Source: Rhynchobatus australiae
Lineage: Eukaryota
Reading direction: 5' to 3'
NCBI GenBank assembly: GCA_034780895.1
Contig: JAUZTB010000117.1
Span: 7,480,770 to 7,544,769, forward strand
Length of the DNA stretch: 64,000 nucleotides
This document shows, one piece after another, positions 13,545 through 26,057 of this stretch (positions are counted from its first letter, which is position 1; the number at the start of each line of letters is the position of its first letter). Under the pieces are notes generated by a model. That model did not search any database and had not been told where the DNA came from. It was given only the letters and a program-made list of their open reading frames with translations. Position numbers and translations under genes: made by a program.

Positions 13545-13690
13545 ATAAAAACAGAAAATACCAGAAACACTTAGCAGGTCTGGCAGAGTCTGGAATGAGA
13601 AACAGTTAATGCTTCACATTGAAGACCTTCCATCTGCATTTTCTATTTTTATTTCTGATTTCCAGCATCTGCAGTTTCTTGATCTTCAAT
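13545..13690. mobile_element. Penelope-like terminus, partial fold-back
   Basis: 'aaacagaaaataccagaaacacttagcaggtctggcag...' followed by inverted 'gcattttctatttttatttctgatttccagcatctgcag'. Confidence 0.65.
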
Positions 13691-14361
13691 TATTATAAAC
13701 TGCACATTTGGTCAATTAAACCTGACATCACACACTGTGACCTAGTACCACGGTAATTACATAGTGTATTTAAAACAGGGCAACAAGAAACTAAATAAAT
13801 CAAACCAGAAGGGGAGTAAACAGCAGGGTATGGGGTTTCCATGTATTTCATGAGCAGATCGTCAGAAGGTCAATTCCTAAATATTTCTTTATAAATCAAA
13901 GGCTGTGTGGAAATTTTCAACATTAACTACATGTCAATTTGCTTTCCATGTTCGAAATATACTGCCAAAACAAATCTATTGCTACAATCTACCAGCCAAT
14001 ATCAAGAATCTTTATTAACTTAACATCAGCTTACTTTTCCAGAACATAGTTTAATGAAAGCTTCAAATATTTTCCCTATGGTATAATTTATGGCACATTT
14101 TTTTGTGGGTGAATTGATTTTAAGATTTAGGTTTTGAACAGATATAATGTCGCATCTGCCTCTTTTATAGGCTTCATTAATGAGTTTTATTGCCAATCTA
14201 ACTCATGGTTTGCACTTCTTAGATGAACACAATGCACAATGCATCAAGCAGGTTTAAAAAGCCTCCTTTGTTGTTTGCACAAATAGAAAGATCACATGTA
14301 CCAAGGCTGGGGAGGACGGAGATCAGTCAAAGGAGATGCATAAATCCAGGTTAGATTAGAG

Positions 14362-14483
14362 CCACAAGAGACTGCACAATCTAGAGCAACACACAAGATG
14401 CTGGAGGAACTCAGCGGGTCAGGCAGCATCCATGGAGAGAAATGAACAGCCTATGTTTCGGGTCAAGACCCTTCATCTGGGCT
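14362..14483 (-). mobile_element. Penelope-like terminus with hammerhead variant (14448-14483)
   Basis: Minus strand reads AGCC-CAGAUGA-A-GGGU-CUUG-ACCC-GAAA-CA-UA-GGCU; stems I and II are perfectly paired. Confidence 0.8.
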
Positions 14484-14667
14484 CTAATTAGGCCTGACAT
14501 GAAGTTAGATTAAATAAGATTAGATCTATGTTAGATTAGGCCTGATATGAAAGCATCTCACCTCCCCTCAAGAAATACTCTTCAGGCTTAATGGAGTCAA
14601 ATAAAAATCAATGAGAAAATAAATATATAGTACAGGCACTACAGGTTAGTAATGATGGAAAATAAGA

Positions 14668-14760
14668 TCTGCAAGATGCTGGAAATCTGAAACAACCACC
14701 AAAAATGCTTGAAACTCTCAGGTCAGGCGGCAGCTGTGAAACAGAGTTATCAGAACTATG
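14668..14760 (-). mobile_element. Penelope-like terminus, internally deleted
   Basis: 'ctgcaagatgctggaaatctgaaac...ggtcaggcggcagctgtg...atcagaact'. Confidence 0.6.
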
Positions 14761-16667
14761 AAAGAGAAACGCAAGTAATCATGGGCCCATTGCATTCTCC
14801 TGAAAGCTGAAGACCATTTTTATGCTTATGTTCAACAGAAAGTCTCCATAGTAAATCAAAATGAAATTTTAACCCAGACTAAATGAAACTTTAGACCAAA
14901 TTACAACCCATCCTATGATGGTAATATGTGAAATGTGGTAGACGGAATGTGACCCAACAGGGAATAAACCATTTATACGCTAAGTCCCAAGTCTACTAAA
15001 AGAAAAATGTGTTTTGTTTTCAATAAATTACCATGAAGCAGTATGTTTAGAAAGCAGGTTGTTGGTGCCAGCTTGCTATTAACTGGTACACTGGCAGCAT
15101 GCAATTCTCAATGTGTCATCCTTCCTAAAACCATGCGCATTACATACAGTTTCAGTACCTTGCTGCACATTGTGTTCTTTTTATTATTGTGAATGTATAT
15201 CTTAGCAGCAACATTTCATAGGGTGCTTTTCTCAAATCAGCAGTCCTCAACTGGATGAAAATATGATTACACTTGCCTCACTGCCTGCCAGTGAACTATT
15301 TCAGAACCGGAGTTACATTAGTAACCTGTAATTTGAGTGATCCACCTTCTCTGTAGTTTCACCTTGATGTAATTCAGAGTGCATTGTTTGTGATGTTAAT
15401 CCTGCTTTCAACTGCAAAAATTACTTCAAGATGAAACCACCTTGTTTTTGGATAATCATTTGCTCGCACATTTAATTGGAACAAGTTCTTGACCAAGTGT
15501 ACTCAAGGACAAAGTTTCAATGTAGTCAGTATTCTGATCACCCAAAGATATCAATAAAATCCTAACTTACAATACCTTCTGCAAAGTCTGGACACCCTAA
15601 GGCTCTGTATAACCAATGAAGTACTTATAAAAAGTGAAGTGTGCTCACTGGTGCAATAAAGGAACATTCAGAGGACTGGTGAGAGAGCACCTAGCCCATT
15701 TCAACAATTTGTCACAAACTTGAGTGGGAAGTTGTGTTTGATAGTATATGAGGCCAGGGACCCACATTTCTGCAATAATTCTAAGACCATTTGGTTGGAG
15801 TTCAGGGAAGGGGGAGGTAGCAACATTACCATGACACTTACATTGTTTCCCTTCAAGCACATACACAATTCAGTGAGACATTGAGATGACATGCATCTCC
15901 TGCAGACAGCTACCAAACAATGAGATATTTCTTGACACAGGGGAAAGCACAAAGTCTTTCAAACTAACAATTCCAGGTCTGAACATTTGTCAAGCTCAGA
16001 CCAGTATCGCTCTTAACTGTGGCGACACCTAAATAACCCTCCTGAAGCAGCAGAGCAGACAACAGAGATGAATCATCTCAAAAGTAAACGCTGCCCATGA
16101 ATTCTAGACACTCGGAAGCCTGGGCGTTTCTCTGGCCTTGGCGCCACATGAAAATAAATGCCTGCTCACATTTGCCGAGATAAACATTGTTGCTTATCCA
16201 GTGATCATTTGTCAGCAGGAACAGATCTCAAGTCCAGACAAGCAGCCATTTCAAATAATTCCACAGAAAACATTGCCATCACCTTCTGTACTCCTTCACT
16301 TTGCAAACTTACAAAGTTAGATGCATCATAAGAAATGGATCTAGAAGCCTAATATATGATTATGTGGAGACGAAGTGCAATTCAGCAGATCATTAATTTT
16401 TAATTCTTTATAAAGGACCTACAACTATGGTTTATTTGTAGTTCTCTCATCATGTTGCCAGTGAATTTATGCATAAGACCGGATACAAGCCAATAATATA
16501 AAAGAAAATGGAAATGAAAATTATACAATTTTAAGGAGGTCATCAATTATGCAAAGAAAAAAATGATTGGAACATTTCATTCTGTTTCTCTATATTGCCT
16601 CGAACCTTATGATGTTTTATAATCAGCATTAGGATATCAGAGAGTTCTGGGCAAGGTGGGGAATATA

Positions 16668-16765
16668 AGATTTCTTTATTAGTCACATGTACATCAAAAC
16701 ACACAGTGAAATGCACCTTTTGCGTAGAGTGTTCTGGGGGCAGCCCGCAAATGCTGCAACACTAC
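16668..16765 (-). mobile_element. 3' fragment of the Rex1-tailed V-SINE
   Basis: Near-identical to 20839-20910 ('tttattagtcacatgtacatcaaaacacacagtgaaatgcacc'). Confidence 0.85.
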
Positions 16766-17233
16766 ACTTTACCACCAAGTTCCTGCTGGAGTGGAACCAA
16801 TTTACAGGACTAAATAAAAAACGTTTAACCTATGGAACCTGTACATTAAAGTCAAGGGCACCCCAGCCTCAGTAGACAAAGTGCAGTATGTGGATGATGC
16901 TGGGATTTGCATATGAATGCAATCAATGATATACTTTTCACAATAAAAAAGTGAAGTCTTCTAAAATGTGAGTTAGCCAGCATCAATAGGATGCAACAGA
17001 CTGATCAGGTTACTCAGCAGCATTATCTGAGATAAACATATCTGAAGAGCAACTGCTGAAAAGTCATACCGTTCTGATAGTCTAGTTGCTTGGGTACAGA
17101 GCAAACACATTACAGGTTAAAAAAATTCCTTAGGCTGCTCCCTCATTTGAAAATATGCACTAACAGTTATAGAGGTTTATTATTTTACTGGAGAAATGAT
17201 TACGGCCCAAATTTTGCAATGATAATAATGTCA

Positions 17234-17486
17234 TGTAGCGGCTAGCTACACTGAATAAAGGCACGAGACACTTGTTTGGAGTCCAAGAGTCGAGTGAACG
17301 ACTGGGGCGCGCTGCCCCTTTAATAAACACAATTCCTGCACTGATGTCACGCGCAGGTCATGTGACCTTCCCGCGCGCGGGGTCCACTAGCCCGACAAAG
17401 AAGGAGTGCCCCACACCATCTTGTGTCGGGGCCTCCGACGACACTCGTGATCGTGGGAGCCAGTTCGTGAAAGGTAAGTCGCCACA
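17234..17486 (-). mobile_element. solo LTR, 253 bp (Gypsy- or ERV-like)
   Basis: TG...CA ends; imperfect terminal inverted repeats tgtagcggct / agtcgccaca; exact 4-bp TSD GTCA at 17230-17233 and 17487-17490; CpG-rich. Strand is inferred from a TATTAAAGGGG box and a GT-rich end. Confidence 0.85.
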
Positions 17487-18109
17487 GTCAAAACTACTGT
17501 TGTTCACCATCATTACATTATTAAATTAATAGCAACTTTGGAATTCCCACACAGGCTTAATTTAACACAGTAATCCCTAAATTGCTGTTAATGATTCAGT
17601 CCTCCTGTAAAGATGTCACCATGAAATTAAGGATAATTCACTTGAATTGATATGAATTTAAAGTATTTAGAGTACAGTCTCATGATATAGAACATTTTTA
17701 CTATATTGTATATATTATAAAATATTGTACATTGTAATTTAGCCTGTCTGTTCTATTGGGTTACCAAACCATAAAATAGCTGAACAAATCCTGTCTCGAA
17801 AAGAAATTTTATGTATTAAGATTGTATTTCCCTTCCTTAAGTATTTCAAAATATTTTTATGAAAGCTTATGACCCTAAACATTATGAAATAATGTTTCGG
17901 GTCCAATATTTATTAAATGTTTAAAAACTTGTATACAAATTTGATTTTCCCCCTTTGTGGTTTGCTGTGAGGCAAATCTTTAGTGTGATTGGTTGCTCTA
18001 CCAGCTTGATGAGAGTTCAGTTGATGGGTGCCAGAGATCCTGTTGAACTGATACAACAAAAGAAGCTGGGAAGGATTAACTTTGCATCAGAGATCACTAG
18101 ATTATTTTA

Positions 18110-18800
18110 GGTGTCTTTCTTCAAGGTCAAAGGAGAGTACTATTATTTTACCACTGGTGAGAGAGTAAAGTCAGGAAATTCAAGACCTGTTAGTCTAATG
18201 CACAGTTATTGGAAACCAAGATGAAGACTAAGTGATTGAGCAGCTAAAGAAATTTGATTAGAGGAAGTCAATATGGATTTGTAAAGGGAAAGTTGTATCT
18301 AACAAATGTTATCGATTTTTTTCTGAAGTTATCAAAATAGTAGGCAATAGAATTTCAATGTGTAGTCTTTAAGGACTCAGAAATGATATATATTAAAGTT
18401 TTTACAAAAGAGACCATTAACAAATAATTAAAGTTCATAGAATCAAGGGCAAAATATTGAATTATTTAGGAGATTGGTTAGACCAAAAGAGATTTGGAAT
18501 AGCTGATACTTAGAATTGGAAGGAAGGAACTAATGGCCTCCCTTGAAGATATGTGTTGGGGTCTTATTTAATCCCTACATTTATTAATGGCTTTGATAAT
18601 ACAATAGAGATCCATACATTCACTTTATAATACACTAAATTTTGTTGTTATCAAAAGGATTATAGGCCATAGCATAATATTAAAGTGACACTGGAAGTTT
18701 TGGTGAGAGGCAAAAACAGTTGGAGATAGATTGCAATGCAGGTATCAAGGGATCCATTTTGGACAAAAAGAACAGAGAATCTGGTATCAATCTTATGAAG
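18110..18800 (+). mobile_element. old CR1 reverse transcriptase remnant
   Basis: Decayed 'GN.RPVSL', 'SQYGFVKGK.LTN.I.FF' and '.KVHRIKG' motifs with many stops. Confidence 0.65.
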
Positions 18801-20489
18801 TATGCAAGGGCAAAACTCAGCCAGATGCTAGATGCAGACTGTTGGGCTTGTAGAACTGACTGCTGGCTTGTGCAGTTAACATTAATTTGCTGTAGTCCTT
18901 AAAAGAAGAAACCAAACTTATTTCTAGCTTTATAAAATGATAAAAATCAGAATGAATGTAATCTCCTGGATTAGTTTTGATCCACTAAAAATGCCGGCAA
19001 GAGTTTTTCCAATCTTTTGTGCTCACTGGTCTGGAGTTTAATCCAGTTTTATCAGCATTACAAAGCTTAGGCTAAGATGTGGAACAGGGTAGACAGATGA
19101 ACAGGTCTTTTCCCATCCATTTTTGTCCATTCATCACATTACTTAAGTTTATCCATTCTAAACCTCATTGTTAAGAGCATGGCATTTATAATTGTCTGTA
19201 ATAAATCTATTTTCTGAAACTGCATGTGGCTTTTATCGGAGCTCAAGCAACACTGCACACCATATATAACTTCAAACTTTCTAAATACATATTTTAAAAC
19301 ATCCATACAACACTTTTAATTAATAATCCTACAAGTTATTTTTCTTTCCGTACCAGTCGCAACACATCTCATTGGCAAAAAAAGTGGTACAAGACATGTA
19401 CCATCTCAATTATACCACAATTTCATGAAAAAAAACTCCAAAATCTTTTTCTTTCTCCAGGTCTTTATTGGAAAATAGTCTTCTGTCTTTAATCACATAG
19501 ACAAGGAACCATCTTGACAGAACCCTAGGCATGAATATGAACACTGCATGCTAGAGGAGAAGTAACAATATCAAGCAATATCTGACTTTGACTATAAATA
19601 GCCCTGCTGAAACAGCTAGNNNNNNNNNNAGTCAAAGAGAAAATGCTTGAACGGTGCAATCATATTTGGCACACCAGAGGTAATCTTCACAATCTCAAGA
19701 TATCACCAAAATTCCTCAAGATAGTACATTCAAACTATTTTCAGCTGCATTCCAGATGACCTCAACTCCGATACTTGCTTGATACCAAAGCTTGTAGAAG
19801 GATCTAAACAGCATACAGGCTTGGATTAGAAGTGGCACAACATCAGTAACACATAATGGCCACGTAATGAACAGTTCCAAATACAGAAAAGTGTTAACTT
19901 GACTTTTAACAGTGCAACTAATGCCACATACAATAACATCCTGACTGATCACACTGTCCAAACAATGTGGCCAGAAAAACACACTGGCTACAAGTACTGC
20001 GCTTGTACAGAAATGTGCCAAAATATTCAGTCATCTTTGTGAATGCAACTGCACTAATGAGACAGATCCACATCAATCACAACAGTAATTCACCTGATCC
20101 ATGTGCTTCCAATGCCAGCACATTTACTTTCAAATAGTACACAACTGTAATTTTGACAAATGCCAACTTCTCTGCATCACTCATCAACCGCAAACTCATT
20201 ATCTAATCCAGCCTGAATAGAAACTTTGACAATTCAAGATGCCCCATCAATTACCTTCTTATGGAAACTAAAACTGGAATATTATTACTTTTCCAGCTTC
20301 CCAAACATTCCAACTAAAATCTTTTTTTAAAAAAGTTGGCAGCCATTTACATTAAAATGGTTGCTGATATTGTTTAACTGAAGGTAAATTTGAAATTAAA
20401 AATGTAAGCATTTATTGGGAAAAAATGGAAATCTTGTCAATAAAAAAAGCTCTAACAGGCCACATTCATATCTTTTTATCAAATATATC

Positions 20490-20738
20490 TGAGGGAGGAG
20501 ATTGCTGAGCCTTTGGCGATGATCTTTGCATCATCAATGTGGACAGGAGAGCTTCTGGAGGATTGGAGGGTTGCAGATGTTGTTCCTTTATTCAAGAAAA
20601 GGAGTAGAGATAGCCCAGGAAATTATAGACCAGTGGGTCTTACTTCAGTTGCTGGTAAGTTGATGGAGAAGATCCTGAGAGGCAGGATTTATGAACATTT
20701 GGGGAGGTATAATATGATTAGAAATAGTCAGCATGGCT
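20490..20738 (+). mobile_element. young 5'-truncated CR1 ORF2 (RT) fragment running into a gap
   Basis: Open frame EEIAEPLAMIF..EDWRVADVVPLFKK..SPGNYRPVGLTSVAGKLMEKI..SQHG. Confidence 0.93.
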
Positions 20739-20838
20739 NNNNNNNNNNNNNNNNNNNNNNNNNNNNNNNNNNNNNNNNNNNNNNNNNNNNNNNNNNNNNN
20801 NNNNNNNNNNNNNNNNNNNNNNNNNNNNNNNNNNNNNN

Positions 20839-21095
20839 TTATTAGTCACATGTACATCAAAACACACAGTGAAATGCACCTTTTGCGTAGAGTGTTCTGG
20901 GGGCAGCCCGCAAGTATCGCCAGGCTTCCAGCACCAACATAGCATGCCCATAACTTCCTAACCCGTACGTCCTTGGAATGTGGGAGGAAACCAGAACACC
21001 CGGAGGAAACCAATGCAGACACAGGGAGAATGTACAAACTCCTTACAGACAGCCACAGGAATTGAACCCGGGCCACTGGCACTGTAATAGCATAA
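20839..21095 (-). mobile_element. tRNA-derived V-SINE with Rex1-type tail
   Basis: Minus strand has B box GGTTCAATTCC, V-domain 'ggtttcctccgggtgttctggtttcctcccacattccaa' and a hairpin+AATAA tail. Confidence 0.88.
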
Positions 21096-21119
21096 TATCA
21101 ATAGCAAGATGCAGAATGG

Positions 21120-21275
21120 ATCAGTGCTTGTTCTTCGGTTATTTTCATATACTCTTAAAATGTCATCATTGATGTGGGACCTTGCTATGCAGGCATTGGC
21201 TCCCACATTTGCCAGAACTGCAACTGTAAGCCTGAAATTGTGGAAAGTGATACAAATGCAAGTTTTGTTTCTTTT
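21120..21275 (+). mobile_element. Deu-domain SINE / L2-type 3' tail fragment
   Basis: 'tgtgggaccttgctatgcaggcattggct...gaaagtgatacaaatgcaagtttt' resembles 28205-28340. Confidence 0.5.
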
Positions 21276-22249
21276 TAAATATACATTTTATCAAATTAGC
21301 CATCCAACCAATATATCAAAGAGTATCATAATCACATCTACTGACAAGCCTTCAGAAGATTGTTATAATTCATATCTCCACCACATAAAAAAAACACCAA
21401 GGTCAGAGAGTTTTTGATTTATTTTTTCATTAAACTATTGCCCAACAGGCAAATAAATACTATGGACCCAGAACTGAAATCCTTCATTTGTGTTTTATCA
21501 AATACACCTGTATATAAAGGAAAGATAATCCAATTTCTCTTAATGATCCTTTATATCTGTTTTAAGAACGCCTGGAGTCCTGAAATCTCAGCAGCAGTAG
21601 CTGATGAAGCATCTTTCTTTCTCTGAATGCACCAGTAGACATTGCTCTGTAGTGAACCACAACCACCAAACATCTGTTAGAAAACCTGAGGAAAGGTATG
21701 AATTAAGCAGGGATGCTTACAATGGATTTGTAAAATGTTTTAGTCATTGGGAGTTTTCCCAGAAAATTACACAGGTACTTTCCCTTTCAGTTTGCCACCT
21801 CATAACTGTGACCTCCATATGCCCTTCTTTCTACTGTTTGTGTGATGGGTCACTTCTCTTGGACATCACCACCAGGTATAAAAATGATCGATGAATGGAC
21901 TGAACATGTAAAACACGAACCTCATCAAATTACACTGCCTATGGTGCAGGAAAGTTCCTTGGCAGCACAGTGGTATGTCAATTTTCAGGTTCCCTATCAA
22001 TTCAGTTCAACCGTGTGAGGAACTATTTAGCAATGGTGTTTTTAAGAAAAGAATTACACTTGATAGCAAATTAAAAATCTGACTTGATGTTGTTTTGCTT
22101 CCATTTTTTCAAAGTTCAGATAAGGCAAGGATGCCCAAGTTACTGTCCATTTAAAAATTATCCCTCCATCAATTTGCAGAGATCTCATGCTCTAATAGTG
22201 ATGGAACTTGGATGTTTTGATTTAGGAGTTTACCATTAATGAGACAACA

Positions 22250-22545
22250 ACACCAAGTGACCTGGGTTCATTCCTGACCCCTGGTGCTGCCTGTGTGGAG
22301 TTTTGTCATTCTCCTTGTGACCACATTTTCCTCTGGGTGCTCCAGTTTCTTCCCACATCCCAAAACATGCAGATTGGTGGTTAATTGTCCCTAGTGTGTA
22401 AGTGAATTAGAAGGCAGGGAGAGTTCTTGCAAATAGGGGGAGAATAAAATGGCTTAGGATAGGATTAGTGTGAAGATGGTGCTTGAGGGTCAGGTGGACT
22501 TGCTGGGCCGAAGGGCCTGTTTCCGTACTGTATTTTTCTATGAAA
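22250..22545 (+). mobile_element. V-SINE (HE1-like) with CR1-type tail
   Basis: B box 'gggttcattcc', V-domain 'ctctgggtgctccagtttcttcccacatcccaaa', tail 'gggccgaagggcctgtttccgtactgta'. Confidence 0.8.
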
Positions 22546-23109
22546 GAATAACTATTTCCAAATTTCCCCAATAGACAGTTCAGTCAAGTTAAATTATTAA
22601 TATGTAACAGCTGATCTGTCTGGCATTGCATTACAAGAATCATGGAACCACAACTGGGGGTGTTGGTAACTCAATAATCACATACTGGGCTATTGACTCA
22701 ATGGAGCTTAAATCACACCTTGGGACATCAAACATTCTAGCAGAGTGCAAGAGCATGCAAGTTCTCTAATGCTTCAGAAATGAAACGGCCAACCCCACTG
22801 ATCAAGTCTATGTGCGACTTGAACCTTTAAGATGATAAGAGCAGCCTCTCACAAATACAAATTCAGAACAACCTGAATACACCGCTGGAAAGAATCTCTA
22901 ATGAACTATCAAAGGTCTCATTCATGACAAGGTAATCTTGCAGGAATATAGAGCTGAGCATTTTGGACTCTACTATTCCATGAATCTGAATATCCTGCTG
23001 TTTAATTCATCAACTTGGAATGGCATTGTAGAAAGTCTAAATAATCCAACGATGTAATGCAAAATATCACAGAGAACCTTCTGTGTTAGTTGTTAAAAAA
23101 AGTAACAGG

Positions 23110-23515
23110 GAAAAACTCATTCCAATCTCAGCTACTGCAAAACGTTGTATAAAGCCTGAAGGCCATGGTAGGGGAGAGGGAAGCAGAGGCAGTGGATAGC
23201 TTGACTGATTTTAAAAATAATGAAGGGTGTACTTCACAGAGGAGATATTGACATGCTTGTTTATGAGGGAGGGGAGAGGGGAGAAGGGAGACAGGAAAAA
23301 AATCTACCCAAAGGGATAGGCATGATAGGGAATTCACCCACACTGGCCGTAATGCAGAACTTGCTACCACATGGAGTAGAGAAGCAAACACCAAACATTC
23401 ACTTGAAGAGGAGCGAGGCATTGAGGAGAGGAGGATATGTTGAGTATGCAGTGGGAGATGTCTTGCATGCAGCATGAAGCAGTCAGGCTGAGTGAACTGT
23501 TACTATGCTAATACA
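23110..23515 (+). mobile_element. old CR1 3' remnant
   Basis: 'gttgtataaagcctg', 'gcagtggatagcttgactgattttaaaa', tail 'ggctgagtgaactgttactatgct'. Confidence 0.45.
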
Positions 23516-24589
23516 TTGCACATTTGGTAATATATAAATTCTGCAATTAGCAAGTATGTAAGAGCTTCTGAGTTATGTAATACATTTCCAGGGCTGGTTT
23601 TCAATTACTACAATTGCTCGCTGGCTGGGGCTGGCCTCAAAAACAGCAATCTCTTTAGCCACAAAAATCTAATACTCAAGGATGACCGTGAATGTTACCC
23701 GATCAGGTGTTCATTTAAATAGAGTACACACACACACACAAATTTATTTACCACACAAAAGAGAGTTGGGACTTCAATGTATTTATGGTTGTGCAGTCTC
23801 CCAGGAGTTAATGCATCAAATTTGGATCTCACGTCTTTATCATGCAGCTATTCCCAGCAATTAAATTTCAGTGCAGTGTTTCCTTCTGCCAGCTGAGACG
23901 GCACATGACTAAGTAATGCCAATAAGATGCTGTGCAGCTCAAAGAGCTGGGGCTCTCCTGCTGTTTTCAACAATGGCCTTGCAGATGTACCTTCGAAGGA
24001 AGCAGCATGGTGCAAACTGCAGCCTGTGATCTAGCAGAAACTGGGTCCAATTTGAGACAGCTGTCATGCTGTCTTATTCCAGCCCATTGCCAGAAAGGAA
24101 AAGTGTCCAGAATATACAGTACTTTCAAAGTCATTCAGCTTTGAAAGAAATAGACTTATAAACTTAATAAACTAACTCAGTGTTCTGTTAAAAATCTTTA
24201 TTCTCCATCCACAAAACAAAAGCAAAATTGTATCCAAGTTCTCTATTCAATTTCTAAAAGCTTCACCACACTGGCTAATGCCCCAGACCTAGTTAGCCAG
24301 CAGAGAATCAAAGCATGCAATCTAGGAAATGGCTGAAGGCAAAAAGTTCCGCCACAAATCACTGAAACATGCATGTCACACTTCATGCCACATTAAATGT
24401 ACAAACCGGGAGAAGGGTGAGTGGGGGTGGGAGGTGTTGCTATATTAGGAAAGTCTTCATTGGTGATAGAATTAAACAGTATTCACCACTGCCAAGAGAT
24501 TAGTCTGACACTGCAGCTTTCCAAAAACTAAGCACAGCTCAAAGTCTCAACCCAATATTAATTGTCAATTCTTGGGAAGTCAAATTCTG

Positions 24590-25495
24590 GTAGTTACTCA
24601 CAGAGTAAATGGCAGGAGCATTGATGTACAGAGAGACGTTGGGCACAAGTCCAGAGCTCCCTGAAAATGGGGACACAGGTGGATAGGGTAGTGAAGGCGG
24701 CATTTGATTTATTGCCTTCATAGGCAGAGTATGAGAGTTGGGATGTCATGTTGCAGCTGTACAACATATTGGTTAAATTGCACTTAAGAGTATTGTGTAC
24801 AGTTCAGCTTAACACATGACAGGACAGATGCAGTAGCAATGGAGAAAGTTCAGAAGATCTCACCAAGATACTGCCTCGAATGGTGGGCTGCAGTCACGAG
24901 GAGAGACTGGATAGGCTGGGTTTATCCTCAGTGGAACATAGGAGGCAGAAGGGTGAACTTATAGACATTTACAAAATTATGAGGGGCAAAGATAGAATGA
25001 TAATTAGCATCTTTGCCCCAGGGTGGGGAAGTTTAAAACTAGAGGAAACAAGTTTAAGGGGGGGAAACTTAAAATCTGAGTGGTAGGTGTTTCCTCACTC
25101 AGAGGGTATTGGTTATTTTGAGGAGCCTTCACAGTCAGAGACTCATTCCCAGTGCACACTGGGCTCAGGAAGACTGCGGCAGGGATGAGATGATTGCCTC
25201 GATTTTTGCAGACTGTGGATTTGCAAAGCAGCTGTGGAGAAGGATACAAAGGTCCGTGTCCTGGTTCATCCCCGGCAGCTCGAATGAACTGCCAGACGCA
25301 GATACACTTACAATGCTTAAAAGGCAATTGGACAGATACTTGAAATAGGAAGGGTGTAGAGGGATACGGACCCTGATGTAAGCAAATGGGATGAGCGAGC
25401 ACAACAATCAAGGTCAGCATGGACAACGTGGGCTGAAAGACCCCATTTCCATGTTGTATGATTCGGACCCCATTTCCATGCTGTATGATTCTACA
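24590..25495 (+). mobile_element. CR1 LINE 3' fragment with internal foreign insert and duplicated tail
   Basis: SHEERLDRLGL..GELIDIYKIMRG motif; 26-bp tail unit duplicated at 25439-25464 and 25466-25491. Confidence 0.88.
25121..25281 (+). mobile_element. Tx1/L1-clade zf-RVT fragment inside CR1
   Basis: Translates LHSQRLIPSAHWAQEDCGRDEMIASIFADCGFAKQLWRRIQ..FIPGS; CR1 sequence resumes at 'gaatgaactgcca'. Confidence 0.7.
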
Positions 25496-25679
25496 ATTCA
25501 ATAACTTCATTTTTACTGGGCCTGTTTCAGTTGAAGAAGATGATCACGGGCTTAAATCTTTGCTGGCATTTCCAAGCAGGTGATGCACTAAAACATGGAG
25601 ACCTCTGGCCACGTGCAGAGTCAGTCATTGTGAAGGCAAAATTCCAACTTCTCTCTGAGAATATATTCTATCATTTTAG

Positions 25680-26050
25680 AGAAGAAGCAGGTCTTCAGCC
25701 CACCATGTCTATGCTGACCATCAGGTGCCCATCTATGCTAACCCCCTTTACCAGCCCCTAGTCTTCTACGCCTTGGCAATTCCAGTATTCAGCCAGATGA
25801 TTTTTATATATTGTGAGAATACCTGCCTCCAACATCTTCTCAGGCAGCGTACTCCAGATTCCAACCACCCTCTGTATGAAAAAATTCTTCTTTAAATCCC
25901 TCCTGAACATCTCATCCTTTAATTTCTATGTTCTTAAATTTTAGGCACCTCTAATACAGGCAAAAGTTTCCTACTGCATACCCTATATCTATGCTCTTCA
26001 TAATTTCATCTACTTCTGCCAGCTCCAATATTCCGTAGAACAACCAAATA
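25680..26050 (-). mobile_element. CR1 LINE 3' remnant (older)
   Basis: 'gcaggtcttcagcccaccatgtctatgctgacc...ccagattccaaccaccctctgtatgaaaaaattc'. Confidence 0.75.
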
Positions 26051-26057
26051 CTTTGTT

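Noticed and set aside
24408-24431. G-quadruplex-capable runs (also about 52444-52469)
   Set aside because: Common in vertebrate DNA and with no functional context here.
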